A stretch of DNA of 59,222 nucleotides, counting the filler, from Sphacelaria rigidula (lineage: Eukaryota), in the NCBI GenBank assembly GCA_964200075.2. It is 7 parts of 7 records of this genome, joined end to end, with 100 filler letters (N's around TTAATTAATTAA, not from the genome) between each part and the next. Parts side by side here need not be neighbours in the genome. Positions count along the whole stretch, not along the records: positions 8,476 to 16,850 come from CAXNAA020011338.1; positions 16,951 to 25,325 come from CAXNAA020011339.1; 5 more parts are not named here. One strand, given 5' to 3'. Shown one piece after another: positions 11,262 through 22,299 of the stretch (positions are counted from its first letter, which is position 1; every line of letters starts with the position of its first letter). The notes below the pieces were generated by a model. That model was not told where the DNA came from. It made no database searches and was given only the letters and a program-made list of their open reading frames with translations. Made by a program: the position numbers and the translations under genes.

Positions 11262-11727
11262 TCGAATAATCTACTCAATGTTTGGGTACATCGCATACGA
11301 CCTGCAGACATCTACTCAAATATCGAGGAAGTACCGTCAGTAACACTTGAGCACAGAGTATCGCCTGAGTGTGATGGGTAACCGCAGTCTACACGATACA
11401 ATCCGAACGCCCTTCGACAATACCCCAATATTCATTCTACCCTAGTTTTATACCATGTGGTTTTGATCCACATGCGTTCTCGAACATACTGTATCAGAAT
11501 GTTTGCTGAAGTTTGATCGGGAATCAGCTCTAATGATGGGTGGGAAACTCAGTGAATACGTCGGTATTTAGTTTGCCCAGGTTTGAGTATATTGCATACG
11601 AACTTGAATGCCAAAATGAAACTTATACCCAAGGTTTTTGGTACATCGAGTCCGGCGTCAGATACCCTACCCAAGTTTCGGATTGATTGGGTACGACCTC
11701 AAACTCTATACTCAAATTTGGGGTAGA
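11262..11727 (+). mobile_element. Decayed internal fragment of the hAT-type element at 29883-31023
   Basis: Shares GCCCTTCGAC...ATTCATTCTACCCTAGTTTT...GAATGTTTGCTGAAGTTTGA with 30488-30700 and degenerate CTACTCAA units. Confidence 0.7.
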
Positions 11728-11887
11728 CTGCGAGCGACTTCAAACGCTACGATATCAAAGGGGATTCTCTGCGCGATGATACTTAGGATAGGGTGTACCG
11801 CCACGAATGCGTGTTCACCCACTGGATGCGTGTGGCCACTACACCCGAGAGAACGCTCCCCGCATAGTTTCCTCCGTGTCTCACCAG

Positions 11888-13666
11888 GTTGTTGACCAAA
11901 GCGATGTGGCTGCCGAACACACCAAGATTGAACTGATTTCTTCTCTGGTAACGAGCTTTATTAGATTGCGATGATCTAAGCACCTTTGGGGGCGGGCTGC
12001 TCGCAGCTGCTCCAAGTCCTCCGTCGTCGTGTGTTACTGGTAGGCGTCTCACACTTCATGTGCGGTCGTCGTCACGTGCAGGTTCGCGATAGGCGTGAAG
12101 GGAAAGAACATCTTCACAAGATCGCAGCAAGCTGCTGAGTTCCAGACGTCATACCGGGAGCTCCCGGTCCACTGTCTAACCCTGCGAAATCTGGGCAATT
12201 TCAAGGGGCTCCCCTGGACGGTCGTGTCAACCGTGTGGCGAACATCACGACCTTCAGAGTTTTCCGCGTTTAGAAGCGTGGTGGGCGGGTGCAGGTGATG
12301 TTCAAGCGATACATGCACGAGAAGCAGTGGAGCAGGAGATGCGCGGACAGCTCATTAGACGGAGGCCCCTCCACATATCCTCTTCATCGGCCCCGCACCT
12401 AATATCCGATACCCCGCCGTACCAGCTCGACATGGTGACCGACGAAGTCCTTCGTAAAGTGCGGCAGCAGTACGAAGCTTCCCACAGGCGTCTACCGGCT
12501 GCATTCCCTGGCGGTGAGCTACCACCGTCGTACATTTCCCCTTCCCACATTCCACCTGTACCTGCGTTTCCTCTTGCATCGTATTGTTTTGTTGTATACA
12601 TTCATTCTGGGGTTCCGTCGTGTGTTCACGTCCATACCAAAGGTGTGATTCCCAGCAGATACACCCGGCTCTGTCTTCTTGCATCCTCCCTTTTCACCCT
12701 CGTGTCTTTTTTGCCCTCCTTTCCAATTGCGAACGCCCAGAAGGGTTAAGTTGCGTTTCACGCCCGACATCCCCGTACTCCCGTCATTTGCTTGCTTGCG
12801 CCAGATTTGATAGCCGAACGAGCTGCAAAGGAGGAGATGAAAGACTCCGTAACGCGTCTGGGGGAGACGGGCGAGCGAGCCTTCGACTTCCCAGTGCATT
12901 GGTTTCCGTCCGAGGACGAAATGCCTTCCGAGCCCGACCTTGGCGGGGGTTCTTCGACAGACGACTCACTCAGCACTGACAGCAGCGAATCCCCTGTTGC
13001 ATCATCCTCTGACGCAGACAGCATAGCATGGACGACAATGAACCGGGTGGCGGTAGAGACGGGGCCGGCGTTCAACAAGGGGTACGGCTAGGCGACGTCC
13101 AACACGAGACGACACCGCGCTTGCCAACGACGGCTATTTAGAGAGCGATTGCACAGATAATGATGAACCGGGTGGCGGTAGACGAGGCCGGCGTCCAACA
13201 AGGGGTACGGCTGGGCGACGTCCAACACGAGACGATGACTCTGTTGTCGAGGAAGGTTGCTTTGCCTTCTTCGTCGCCACGGGGGCACCTTTCGTCGTCG
13301 GAAAGGTTTCGGTGAAATGTGTTCGCGATGACGGATAGAGTGGGGTGGATCTGCATTGGCTACGGCCGTGCCGCGATGCCATTCTTAGACGTGCCTCATC
13401 CATGAGCCTTGACGAGTACGGGAAATTCGCGTTCGCGGAGAGCTACGTATTTTTATGAGACTACTGGTGGAAGCTGGGGGCGCTCTAAGCGAAAGCGGGA
13501 AAAGGAATCCAGCTGGGAGCCCACGTCTAGAACTGTGGCGACGTGCACCACACTCATCGGCAACGGGGAGAAGATCCCATCTAAGGTGTTGGAGACGTTA
13601 AGGGCCGCTAGTAAAGTCAGGGAGGGTGGGGGGGGTGGGGGGCGTAGAAGTCGAGGCAGGGAGTGA
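11888..13666 (+). pseudogene. Decayed transposase-like gene, possibly DUF7869/Sola-like
   Basis: Hand translation across introns and frameshifts gives RFAIGVKGKNIFTRSQQAAEFQTSYRELPVHCLTLRNLGNFKG...RVANITTFRVFRV*KRGGRVQVMFKRYMHEKQW and PFVVGKV...VDLHWLRP. This resembles the region following the GHTHEDIDQxFS motif of such transposases; family call from memory, not searched. Confidence 0.5.
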
Positions 13667-13811
13667 AGTGGGGTAGGAAACGGGGCCTTGTGGCGTTCGT
13701 CGGACGGCATCGACTAAGTGATGAGGGCAGCGTTTGGCGGAATGTCAAGCAAAAGTAACACCTACAGAGGACGTGGTAGATGCCCGCGGGTTTCGAGAGA
13801 CAACATTTGTC

Positions 13812-14562
13812 ATTGACGGTTGATGAATGCGGGCTTCGAAAGAGTCACCCTACGACTGCTGCCGAGATAACCCCCCCCGAACCGGCCAAAACAGTGCATG
13901 GAGGGGATAATCATAAATACCGTTAGAGCTGGTTTCGTGCTGCACGACGCCGCTCATTTGTACGTAATCGCTGATGCAGGACTGCTACACGCCTCGAATG
14001 CGGGCGAAATTGCTGCAAACGAGCCCAATAGTGGGGTCACAGCCGGTTTGTCGGACGGTCTCCGGTGCACTTTTTGTGGGGGGGCTATCTCGGCATTAGT
14101 CTCACGTTCAATAGATATCGTACGTTCTTCTCGTGATTCCGTGGTGCCACCAACCACTTCTTGTTACACTGTTCATAGCAGAAGGGGTGCTTTCCAGCAA
14201 TTGCGCACCTGGCGCACCTCCCTTAGTACTTACCGTGTGGTTATCGCGGGGTCGGTGCGGGGATGAGAATTAGTAGTGGGGCCATCAAACACCTGTGTGT
14301 GTGCTATGGTCACCATATCAGAAAGGGTGGGTATGCCCGCGCGCAAAAAAGAATACCGCGGTAACAGTGAGTGCAGTAAGTAGTAACTTCAGTGACAGCA
14401 CGGAGTACGGAGGGATAGATGGTTGATGATTACGGACTTCGAAACAACAGTACCACGCTAAATATCAACAATAATGCGAGTTACTACGAGGGTGGGCAAA
14501 AATCAAAAGCGTGGAACCACACAAACCCTCCCCCCCCTTCCCCTCCACACACACACACACTC
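13812..14562 (-). repeat. Right terminal inverted repeat of the 6-kb element (interrupted by a MITE)
   Basis: Reverse complement of 8522-9010. Confidence 0.9.
13854..14101 (+). mobile_element. ~250-bp MITE (GACT family), copy 2
   Basis: Same TIRs and body as copy 1; absent from the left TIR, which shows the empty site with 4 fewer flanking bases. Confidence 0.9.
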
Positions 14563-14644
14563 CCTCGGGCGGCACGAAAAATATTTTTTTCTCGTTTTTC
14601 TGTGTAGGAATCAGTGTTGTATCTCTGTTTCTGTGGGCTCCCGT

Positions 14645-14967
14645 ATTATTTTGAATTTTATTTTTTGTATTTGTCGCACTTTGAACCCCTCCCCTTCCTC
14701 GAGACGAGTCCGTGGTCTCAAGGGATTAACTCATCTCTCCTCGGTACGCGCCTTGCATTTTAGTCCCACGGATTGGACCAGCACTCCCCCACCGCGTCAA
14801 CCCCCGTCAAACAAACTCAGCCGACAACGTTGTTTACTCATGTTCTCACGCTTTCCACGGTGGACATCACATAGTGCGAAGAAAGCAACCAACACATCGG
14901 GAATCGAACGCTCGTCCCCTGCGCCCCTGATGGCGACAGTCGGACGATCACTTCACCAGGGCGCGGC
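14645..14967 (-). mobile_element. tRNA-derived SINE, family B, copy 2
   Basis: B-box-like GCGTTCGATTCCC on minus strand; homologous to 1771-2063; 3' end AAAGTGCGACAA followed by A-rich tail. Confidence 0.65.
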
Positions 14968-15574
14968 TTAGTATACAGTGAGAAATACCACCCCCCCCTC
15001 CCCAGTTCCAGTACTTCCGTCCCCACTCTAAGGTCAGGTGACTTGTTTTGTGTAGAGTGTAGTGTGCTGTGAACATAACCACACCTACCCCCCCCCCTCC
15101 TCCACACCTTGGCCGGCCTACACTCGGGAAAATGGGGATGGGGTCCAGGGCTTTTTGTTTTGCTTACCTTTGGTCACTACAACGAATCTGAGGTTCGTGT
15201 GCATGGAACGCGGTGCCACCAATAATAAGTAGTTGACACTGTTGATAGTAGGGGCGGCGTGTTCAAAAACATCTGCCTGGGACATCTGCTCGTCGCAGTG
15301 AAAGCAGCAAGGTGACATCCGCGGGATGATGCCATGTTTATATACTGTACAACAAGTGCATACGGTACAGCGGTATAGTAGTAGTAGTGCGGATCAATAA
15401 AAGTCGGTAGTAGTCACATACGTACCTCCGCTGAACGTCCGCCGAAACCTCCGGTGACTGTAAGACAAATGACAGAACAACATTTCCGAGAAATGTTTTT
15501 GGCACTTTTCGGTCCAACTTCCGACCTCGCCCATCCCCCCGAAAAAATCTATCTCCACTTTGTAAGATCCTGTG

Positions 15575-15705
15575 TTCGCTGCGGACATTTGGGGGGGAAG
15601 ATGGCTTCGCTCGGTCGTCAGCGTTTCGCGTCATCCCTGCGAAAAAGAAATGCCACTTCAACCTCATTTTGGAGATGGACCTCATCTTCCAGGATCCACT
15701 GTTAT
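15575..15705 (+). repeat. Dispersed repeat shared with 57990-58120 (inverted)
   Basis: TTTGGGGGGAA.ATGG.TTCGCTC...GTTTC.CGTCATCCCTGC.AAAA...ACCTCATTTT.GAGAT...CAGGAT.CACTGTTA present in both. Confidence 0.6.
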
Positions 15706-15943
15706 TTGCTTTGATTCAGCCATTTCTTCACTCCGCGCGTGCTTTTCTTTGCCTCTCTCACTGCGGTGTGCTTACAGCTACACGTCGGTACCCTACTCAG
15801 GGATGGCAAGGGCCTCAGTGGCGAGCTGCTACAGAAAGAATATCGGGCCTCGTGACGGGGCATTTCGGAACCGAAGCAAGTCATCTACTAATTGATCGCT
15901 GTTCACTCTCAATCGTATCGTCAACTCTCAATCTCACGAAAAT

Positions 15944-16785
15944 CACACGTGGACAGATAGCACCCTGTGGGGCGCACTGTGCAGGGTCCGTACAGGGTCC
16001 TCCACAGTCTTTGTGAAAAACCCCTGACAGTGAAATGCAAAATCTGTACCCCTCGCAGCGTTTTGATAGGGTTTTGCCCAGGGTTGGATTTGCAGCCCTG
16101 TGTAGGCACGTCAGCAAAGCCCTGCACAGTCATGTGGTGGTGTTTTGGTGGAAAAACCTCAAGTTTTTCTTTTGAAAATTCCAAATATTTTGGTACAAAA
16201 TCTGTAAATTTATATATCTTCAATAGCTTGTCTTCCTGTCCGAGGTGAATTCCTCTTCACCCGATTTGAATCGAGCGAAAAGGAATTTATTTTGGATAGA
16301 AGGACAAGCTCTTCAAAACAGATCCTTTTCTCGCCCAATTAATTTTGGCAAAGAAAAGGATTTATTCAGAACAGCAGAAGAAGCTGCTCAAGATCGATCC
16401 TTTTTTCGCCTATTTTTGAGATGAGCGAAAAAGAATCTATTTCGAACAGCTCCTTTTGCTGCGCAAATCCCATGCACACTGGCAGATTCGGAATTTGACC
16501 GGCAGAAGAAGCTCGAAATAAATGTTTCCTTTTACCTCGAGTTGTTCCAGAGATTGAGGGAAAAGAAATTTATGGCGAGCAGCGTCAGCTGCTGGGCAAA
16601 TCCCGCATACTGCATCGTCACCGGCGCATGGGATCCGATAAGCAGAAAAAGTTGCTGAAAGGTATTCATCCCTTTGCCCCCCAGTCCAGGTGTACATGGG
16701 CTAAAGGATGAGTAGCTCTCAACCGCTTTCGCTGAATAGAGATCCCACACGTTGGATACGTGTGTATGTCCACACCTGTGCTTCG
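15944..16785 (-). mobile_element. One-ended copy of the CAC...GTG TIR element
   Basis: Starts CACACGTGGACAGATAGCACCCTGT; inverted homology to 31066-31824; contig ends shortly after. Confidence 0.8.
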
Positions 16786-16850
16786 TCTGAAGCCCCTGGG
16801 AAGGTGGGAAGATGCCAGATGATCGGGTATACCTCGTCCATATATTTACA

Positions 16851-16950
16851 NNNNNNNNNNNNNNNNNNNNNNNNNNNNNNNNNNNNNNNNNNNNTTAATT
16901 AATTAANNNNNNNNNNNNNNNNNNNNNNNNNNNNNNNNNNNNNNNNNNNN
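16851..16950. other. Assembly spacer between contigs 2 and 3
   Basis: N44-TTAATTAATTAA-N44. Confidence 0.98.
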
Positions 16951-17389
16951 AGGGATGCGAGGTCAATGGTCTGATGACTATGGCAGGCATGATCATGAGT
17001 ACACCCCCTTCCCCCCTCTGGTGCGGCGAAAACCCGGTGTGCTCCGTCCCGGCTGGGGTGCGAAGTCAATGGTCTCATGACTATGGCATGCATAATCATG
17101 AGTATACCCCGTCCCCCCCTGGTCCGGCGAGAACCCGGCGTGCTCCGTCCCGGCTTTGTAGGGACGGACCTCCCTGTGGGGTTGGCGTCAGTTGACGATG
17201 GCACTGTTATTCACGCCACTCGCTGCAGCTAGGCAACCAGGTTACCGATTGTTTTTGCGCGCTCGCGTTTCTTTGCGGTAACCATGATAATGGTGGTCGA
17301 GCTACATCATATATTGCGGGATGGGAAAACCTCAACTCCGCGCAAAGGGGATGATCGTACTACGTAGTGTTTACATGGTGAGACACCTC

Positions 17390-17528
17390 AAGGCAGTGTA
17401 TTAGCCGTGGCTGTCTCTGGAAGTGGCGATACCAGAGAATGAAGCAACTCATTGAAGACTGTCATTCAAATGCTAGATTATCAGGACGCTTCGGACCGAA
17501 GAATCTTAGCAGGATGCAGCTCACCCTT
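17390..17528 (+). repeat. Dispersed repeat shared with 42375-42512 (inverted)
   Basis: AGGCAGTGTAT...GTGGCTGTCTCT.GAAGTGGCGATACCA.AGAAT.AAGCAACTCATTG...GCAGGATGCAGCTCA in both. Confidence 0.7.
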
Positions 17529-17699
17529 CATGCGACTCGCCGAGCACACCACGGCGCTTGATTGAGTGCGAGCCTGGTCCGACGAAAACCCGGCGTGCTT
17601 CGTCCCGGCTTTTGTACGGATGCGAGGTCAAGAGTTATTGATTGATGACTAATTGATTGATTATCTCACATTAGCTGATTGCAACAATCCAACCCGTGG

Positions 17700-18599
17700 T
17701 CAGGACCAGCAAAAAAAAAGACAGAATTAAAAAAAGGAAAAAAGGAAAGGGACAGAAAACGACAGAAGCAACAGGCATACAGAATAAAGGAAAAAAGACA
17801 GGAAGCAAAGACAACAACGAAAACAACACCACCACCAAAAACTACAAACTACAAACAACGAACAACGAACAACAACAACACCGGACACACACACACAACC
17901 AACACAACAAGATGATTATCTCGCATCACGTCGCTGATTGCAACACTCCAGCTCGTGATCAGTAAAAAAAGGGAGAAAAATGAGAGAAAAGAAAAAATAG
18001 AAAAATAAAGCGTATAGAAAGGAATACGAGAGGCTAGAAGACAGAGCCAGGCTCATTTCCGGGTGGGGGTGCACAGACGAAACAAGAAACAGACAAGAAA
18101 CCACCAGGAACAAGAGATGAACGAATCAGAGATGGGGACCAAACACAATGCTCCGTGTATCCGGCGTAGGCTATGATGAGTTGGTGTTGGTACTGTCGAT
18201 TCCAGGTGCTGTCGGTGCATCTTGGTCTGCAGCTTTCGCGTGTCGTATCGCTGCCTCTGCGTCATCCTTTCGGCATCAGTCCGCCCAAAACGTTTTTGCT
18301 CCCTGTTCAACACAGAAGTGCCACTCTACTGCATTTAAGGCTCTGGTGGTCAACCCCTGCCATTCGATACCGAACGCCTTCATGTCCTCCGCTAGGCGGC
18401 GGATCCAGTCCTTGTGCCTGCCGTTCAACTCTCGTTCTTGTCCCCTCACGGCTATAACTTCACTGAACATGACGTGTTTCGGTATTCGTCCGGGTGACAT
18501 GCGCGTGACGAAACCGGCGAAATAGAGTCTCCTCTTCCTCACCGTCGCCTCGGTGCTTCCGCACCTTGTTCTCACGAGGGTCTCAGTATGACACAACAT
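17700..18599 (-). mobile_element. 5'-truncated RTE-clade LINE (ORF C-terminus + 3' UTR)
   Basis: EATVRKRRLYFAGFVTRMSPGRIPKHVMFSE...KDWIRRLAEDMKAFGI...W..CVEQGA is the typical RTE post-RT C-terminal pattern; low-complexity T-rich 3' region. Confidence 0.8.
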
Positions 18600-21500
18600 G
18601 CTCGAGGACTATGACATGCAAGATCATGAGTACCCCCCCTCCCCCCCCATGCTCCGTCTCGAAAGGGATGCGTGGTCAATGGTCAAACGACTAAGGCAAG
18701 CAACAAATGAGTACGCCCCCCTCCCCCCCCCGCCCGTGTGCAACACTGCACCGTATGGATTGCATCCGACGGTCATTATCCATGATAGTACGTATAGCAC
18801 ATGCTCCTGCAAAATGAACGACTACTGTCAACAATTCAGTACACTACATATATTTTTGTTATTCAACGAATATAAGCCGCAAACGCAGCCATGATGTACG
18901 ACTAAGCACTGCAATATCACCAAATAGACAAACTACACCGACTTGCTCTCGTCTAAATGTGAAATAGTCAACATACAATTTTTGAAGTCGTTACGCACAT
19001 ATACGTAAAGAGAGCCACGTCCGCCATCATACTACAAAAGTAGTACTGCCATGAATCTCCACCGTTTTTCGAAAAATGCAACCACGCAGAACTATATTGC
19101 AGGGTACAACACCTCCGGGGCGATTATAGTTGATCATTCTTCATTTACTCCGAAGCAAAAGGCCTTGCACTGCCGAATCTTCAACAAAACGTGTTCCCCG
19201 CAGCTCACGCGAAAACGTAGGTTGAGTTTTGTCAAGGGGGTGTTATACTCCGTGCACAACCTACACGATACTCTATTACAGTGCAGGACCACAGTACTCT
19301 GAATCCACATGATCGCTTTAACAGTACGGGACAGAAACCACACAATTCTACGACTAGCGTCGAGGTAAGATACTCGACGAAGTGCTTGGCTTTGTGACCG
19401 AAAAGAGACGGATAGCAGATGGAGGAAGATGGGGGAAATCAAAGGACAAAAAACAACTCTGCGAGACGTATGCATATGCTACAGCTGCCTTGCATTCTCA
19501 CTCACGAATCAAGCGTCTTCCGTGCCGAAATTCGTTTGACCCGCACCACTGCATACAGTCCACGCCTGCCTGCCGACAGGTGTGCGTATGCCTACATCAT
19601 AACGGCACCCTTTTCAACCCATGTAGAATTTTCTCCTCCTTCTCCCGTGTCCCGTATATACTGAAATGAAATACCTAGACGAGTACATCAAAACACAAAT
19701 CCTACTCGCAGACTGAAGTTAGTTCTACTCTTCTACACGTGAAACGTATTCATTAGGATCGCGCATTGTAGAACCCCCAAGAATAAATAGCGTAGACTAA
19801 ATTGATCGGTTGACTCATCGTCTAACATCGACGGATACATATACTATAAAAACTAGAACATTATTCTCGAAAAACTCGAACAACATACACACGAGGTTTT
19901 GTATCAGCACATACCAGGCCATCTGTGCCCCCGACACGCTCACACATCCCTATAGTCTCCGCCAAAATAAACCATCAAACAAAAAAGTTCGTTCCCAGCC
20001 ACGACACATCAACTGTCTGCAATAAAGACGCGCCAAAGGCTCATTTCACACCCTGTGCTACAGAACGTGTGCGTGCCCGAGCACAATCCAACATCTCTGA
20101 TCCTGTACTGACAACCCTCCCTCGCCTCTTCTAAAGGGTACGGGTCAAGTACGAGCGTAAACCCCTGCCCCCCCGGTCCGCCTTGTGCACGAATCCCCAG
20201 CACCTCCAAAGCAGCACGTCCCAACGCGAGACTGATGCAGAATCTCAGAACGGCTTGCACAGGCACACGACGAAGTAAAACCCGAAAATCTTTTTGGCAA
20301 TGCCCCCACCCCATCCCGCCTACCAGCCCCTGACTGCTCTACGGTTTCATACCACACGATGCCATATTTTCCACATGAATCATCACGACAACATGAACAC
20401 CAGCACATGGCTTTCACAACACCCACAAACACCAACACCAACACGCGCGCGCACAACCATAACCCCCCTTTTGAACTTTATTTTGTTGTTATTCGCCATC
20501 AACCAAAAATGGAAAACGGCAAACCTGAAGAGTACAGCAAAAATTACGTAACTTCTTGCCCCCCCCCACCCCCCCCCGACGCCTCGAGGTCAACGGTCTT
20601 ATGATTACGGCATGCAGAATTATGAGAAAACTCTCCCTCCCCCCACCTCTCTCCGCGACCATCGTCTTGACCTGGAGCTGGGTAGCTCTCACATTTTTTT
20701 CAGGAGTAATCCCCGCTCTCGACCCCTCCATCTCTCAAGAACGTACAGAAGCGAGATCGACCTCATGTGTAACCTGTGTGGACTGTCCAAGAGATCTGCT
20801 CGGCAGCACCGTGAATGCACTGGAGTAGCAGAGTTCTCGGCAATGACCAAAATCAGAAGATGCGGGGTACACTCCCGAATGCTCACACTTCCGACCTCTA
20901 CCTTCGTGTGCATTGTCCACCGCGTCATCTACGTACAAGCCACGTTATGGCTGAAAAGAGCTTGATATGTACAGTGCAGGTAGATGGAGTGCTCCGAACC
21001 CATCAACCCCAGACTTGAAAGTTACCTACTACCGAACTGCAACCATAATTACGTAAGCGTCAGATTCTACCATCATAGCTGATCGATAGGACCTGCGTAC
21101 CCTACAACAAGCAAGCACAACATGCGATTTGGGATAAAAGCGCTAGGTGAACAGTCACTGGCAAAAAACATTGAAAATAAACAAAAAGCATAGACTAGAA
21201 AAAATGACGCTACACGAACCACGAGACAATATTATTCTACGACCTATTGATGGCCCAAAGGCTTTGCTTTGGGGCACCTCGACCCGGCTCAAACATGGAT
21301 GAAAAGTCATGGATGACATCCGCGCAGGAAATTTCCGCGCAGGATATTTTCTTCACTTCATCTCGCTCCGAATCAAACAGAAACAAATGGTGAAGCTCAA
21401 AAGCCCACGGTCGGATGGACGAGTGCGAACGCAAACCTCAGTAGAAGACGCTGATGGGCCTCGAAATGCCCCGCCAATCGAAACACAATACCCAAAAGCA

Positions 21501-21717
21501 GCCATCTTCACGACAAGAAGAAAGAAGAAAAAGAGACGAGAAGAGAACGTGAAGGTACATGCAACCACCGAATATCCAACGTTTCACCACATTTGATGAG
21601 CGTACTCGTCAGCCATCTCGCAGCACTCTTGATATTCATGCGAAATCACCTGGCAAGGCCGCCCAGCGTCGGATCAAACGAGCAAGAGAGGCCTATACAT
21701 ATGCCCATAATAAGGAT

Positions 21718-21720
<3 letters not shown>

Positions 21721-21788
<68 letters not shown>
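21721..21788. repeat. (AC)34 microsatellite
   Basis: Perfect dinucleotide run. Confidence 0.98.
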
Positions 21789-21790
<2 letters not shown>

Positions 21791-22299
21791 GTACAAAAAG
21801 ACGAATTTTCCGTTCGCCCGTAAGCCCGATGGCATAGCTTGAGAGCATTAGTGAACCTTTCTGCTTCGGAATACATGAGCATGCAACTCTTAATCTTGCT
21901 TCGCGACCTCTTATTTCCCGTACAAATAGTTTCCTGTGTAAGATCTACAGCAATCCATTACAAAATTTATTGGCCCTTCACACACCAAATCCTCCCGTCC
22001 AACACCTTGTCCACCGCATGTTGATATTTTGATAATATCGGTGCGACGATCTAGTGTTTATCCTTCAACCCGAGGAGGTCCGGCGGCCTGGCGCCCGGAG
22101 CTACCGTGCGGCTCCTCATATGGCCACGCCGGCAAAAGCCATGACAACACGCACAAACCGAGACAAGAGTCAGCCTTTCTGGAGAAAACTCCCTCGACTA
22201 GTATGCATTGCTCGTTCTGACCCTCGGTAAGTGCCTAAAGGGTTTATCATTCATCACGTACGTCGTTACCGCAGCACAATATTACGCACCACCCTGCCG

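Larger units (their letters stand above)
8522..14562. mobile_element. ~6-kb DNA transposon with ~490-bp TIRs, decayed
   Basis: 8522-9010 is the reverse complement of 13812-14562 once the MITE at 13854-14101 is removed; outer ends GAGTGTG-polyG / polyC-CACACTC; two divergent decayed coding regions inside. No clear TSD. Confidence 0.8.

Noticed and set aside
13038..13236. ~75-bp internal duplication as an independent element
   Set aside because: Local duplication within the low-complexity linker of the transposase-like pseudogene; no TIR or TSD.
20735..20938. YVDD as a reverse-transcriptase active site, or KCEHSG as an EsV-1-7 repeat
   Set aside because: Surrounding residues fit neither family; likely chance.
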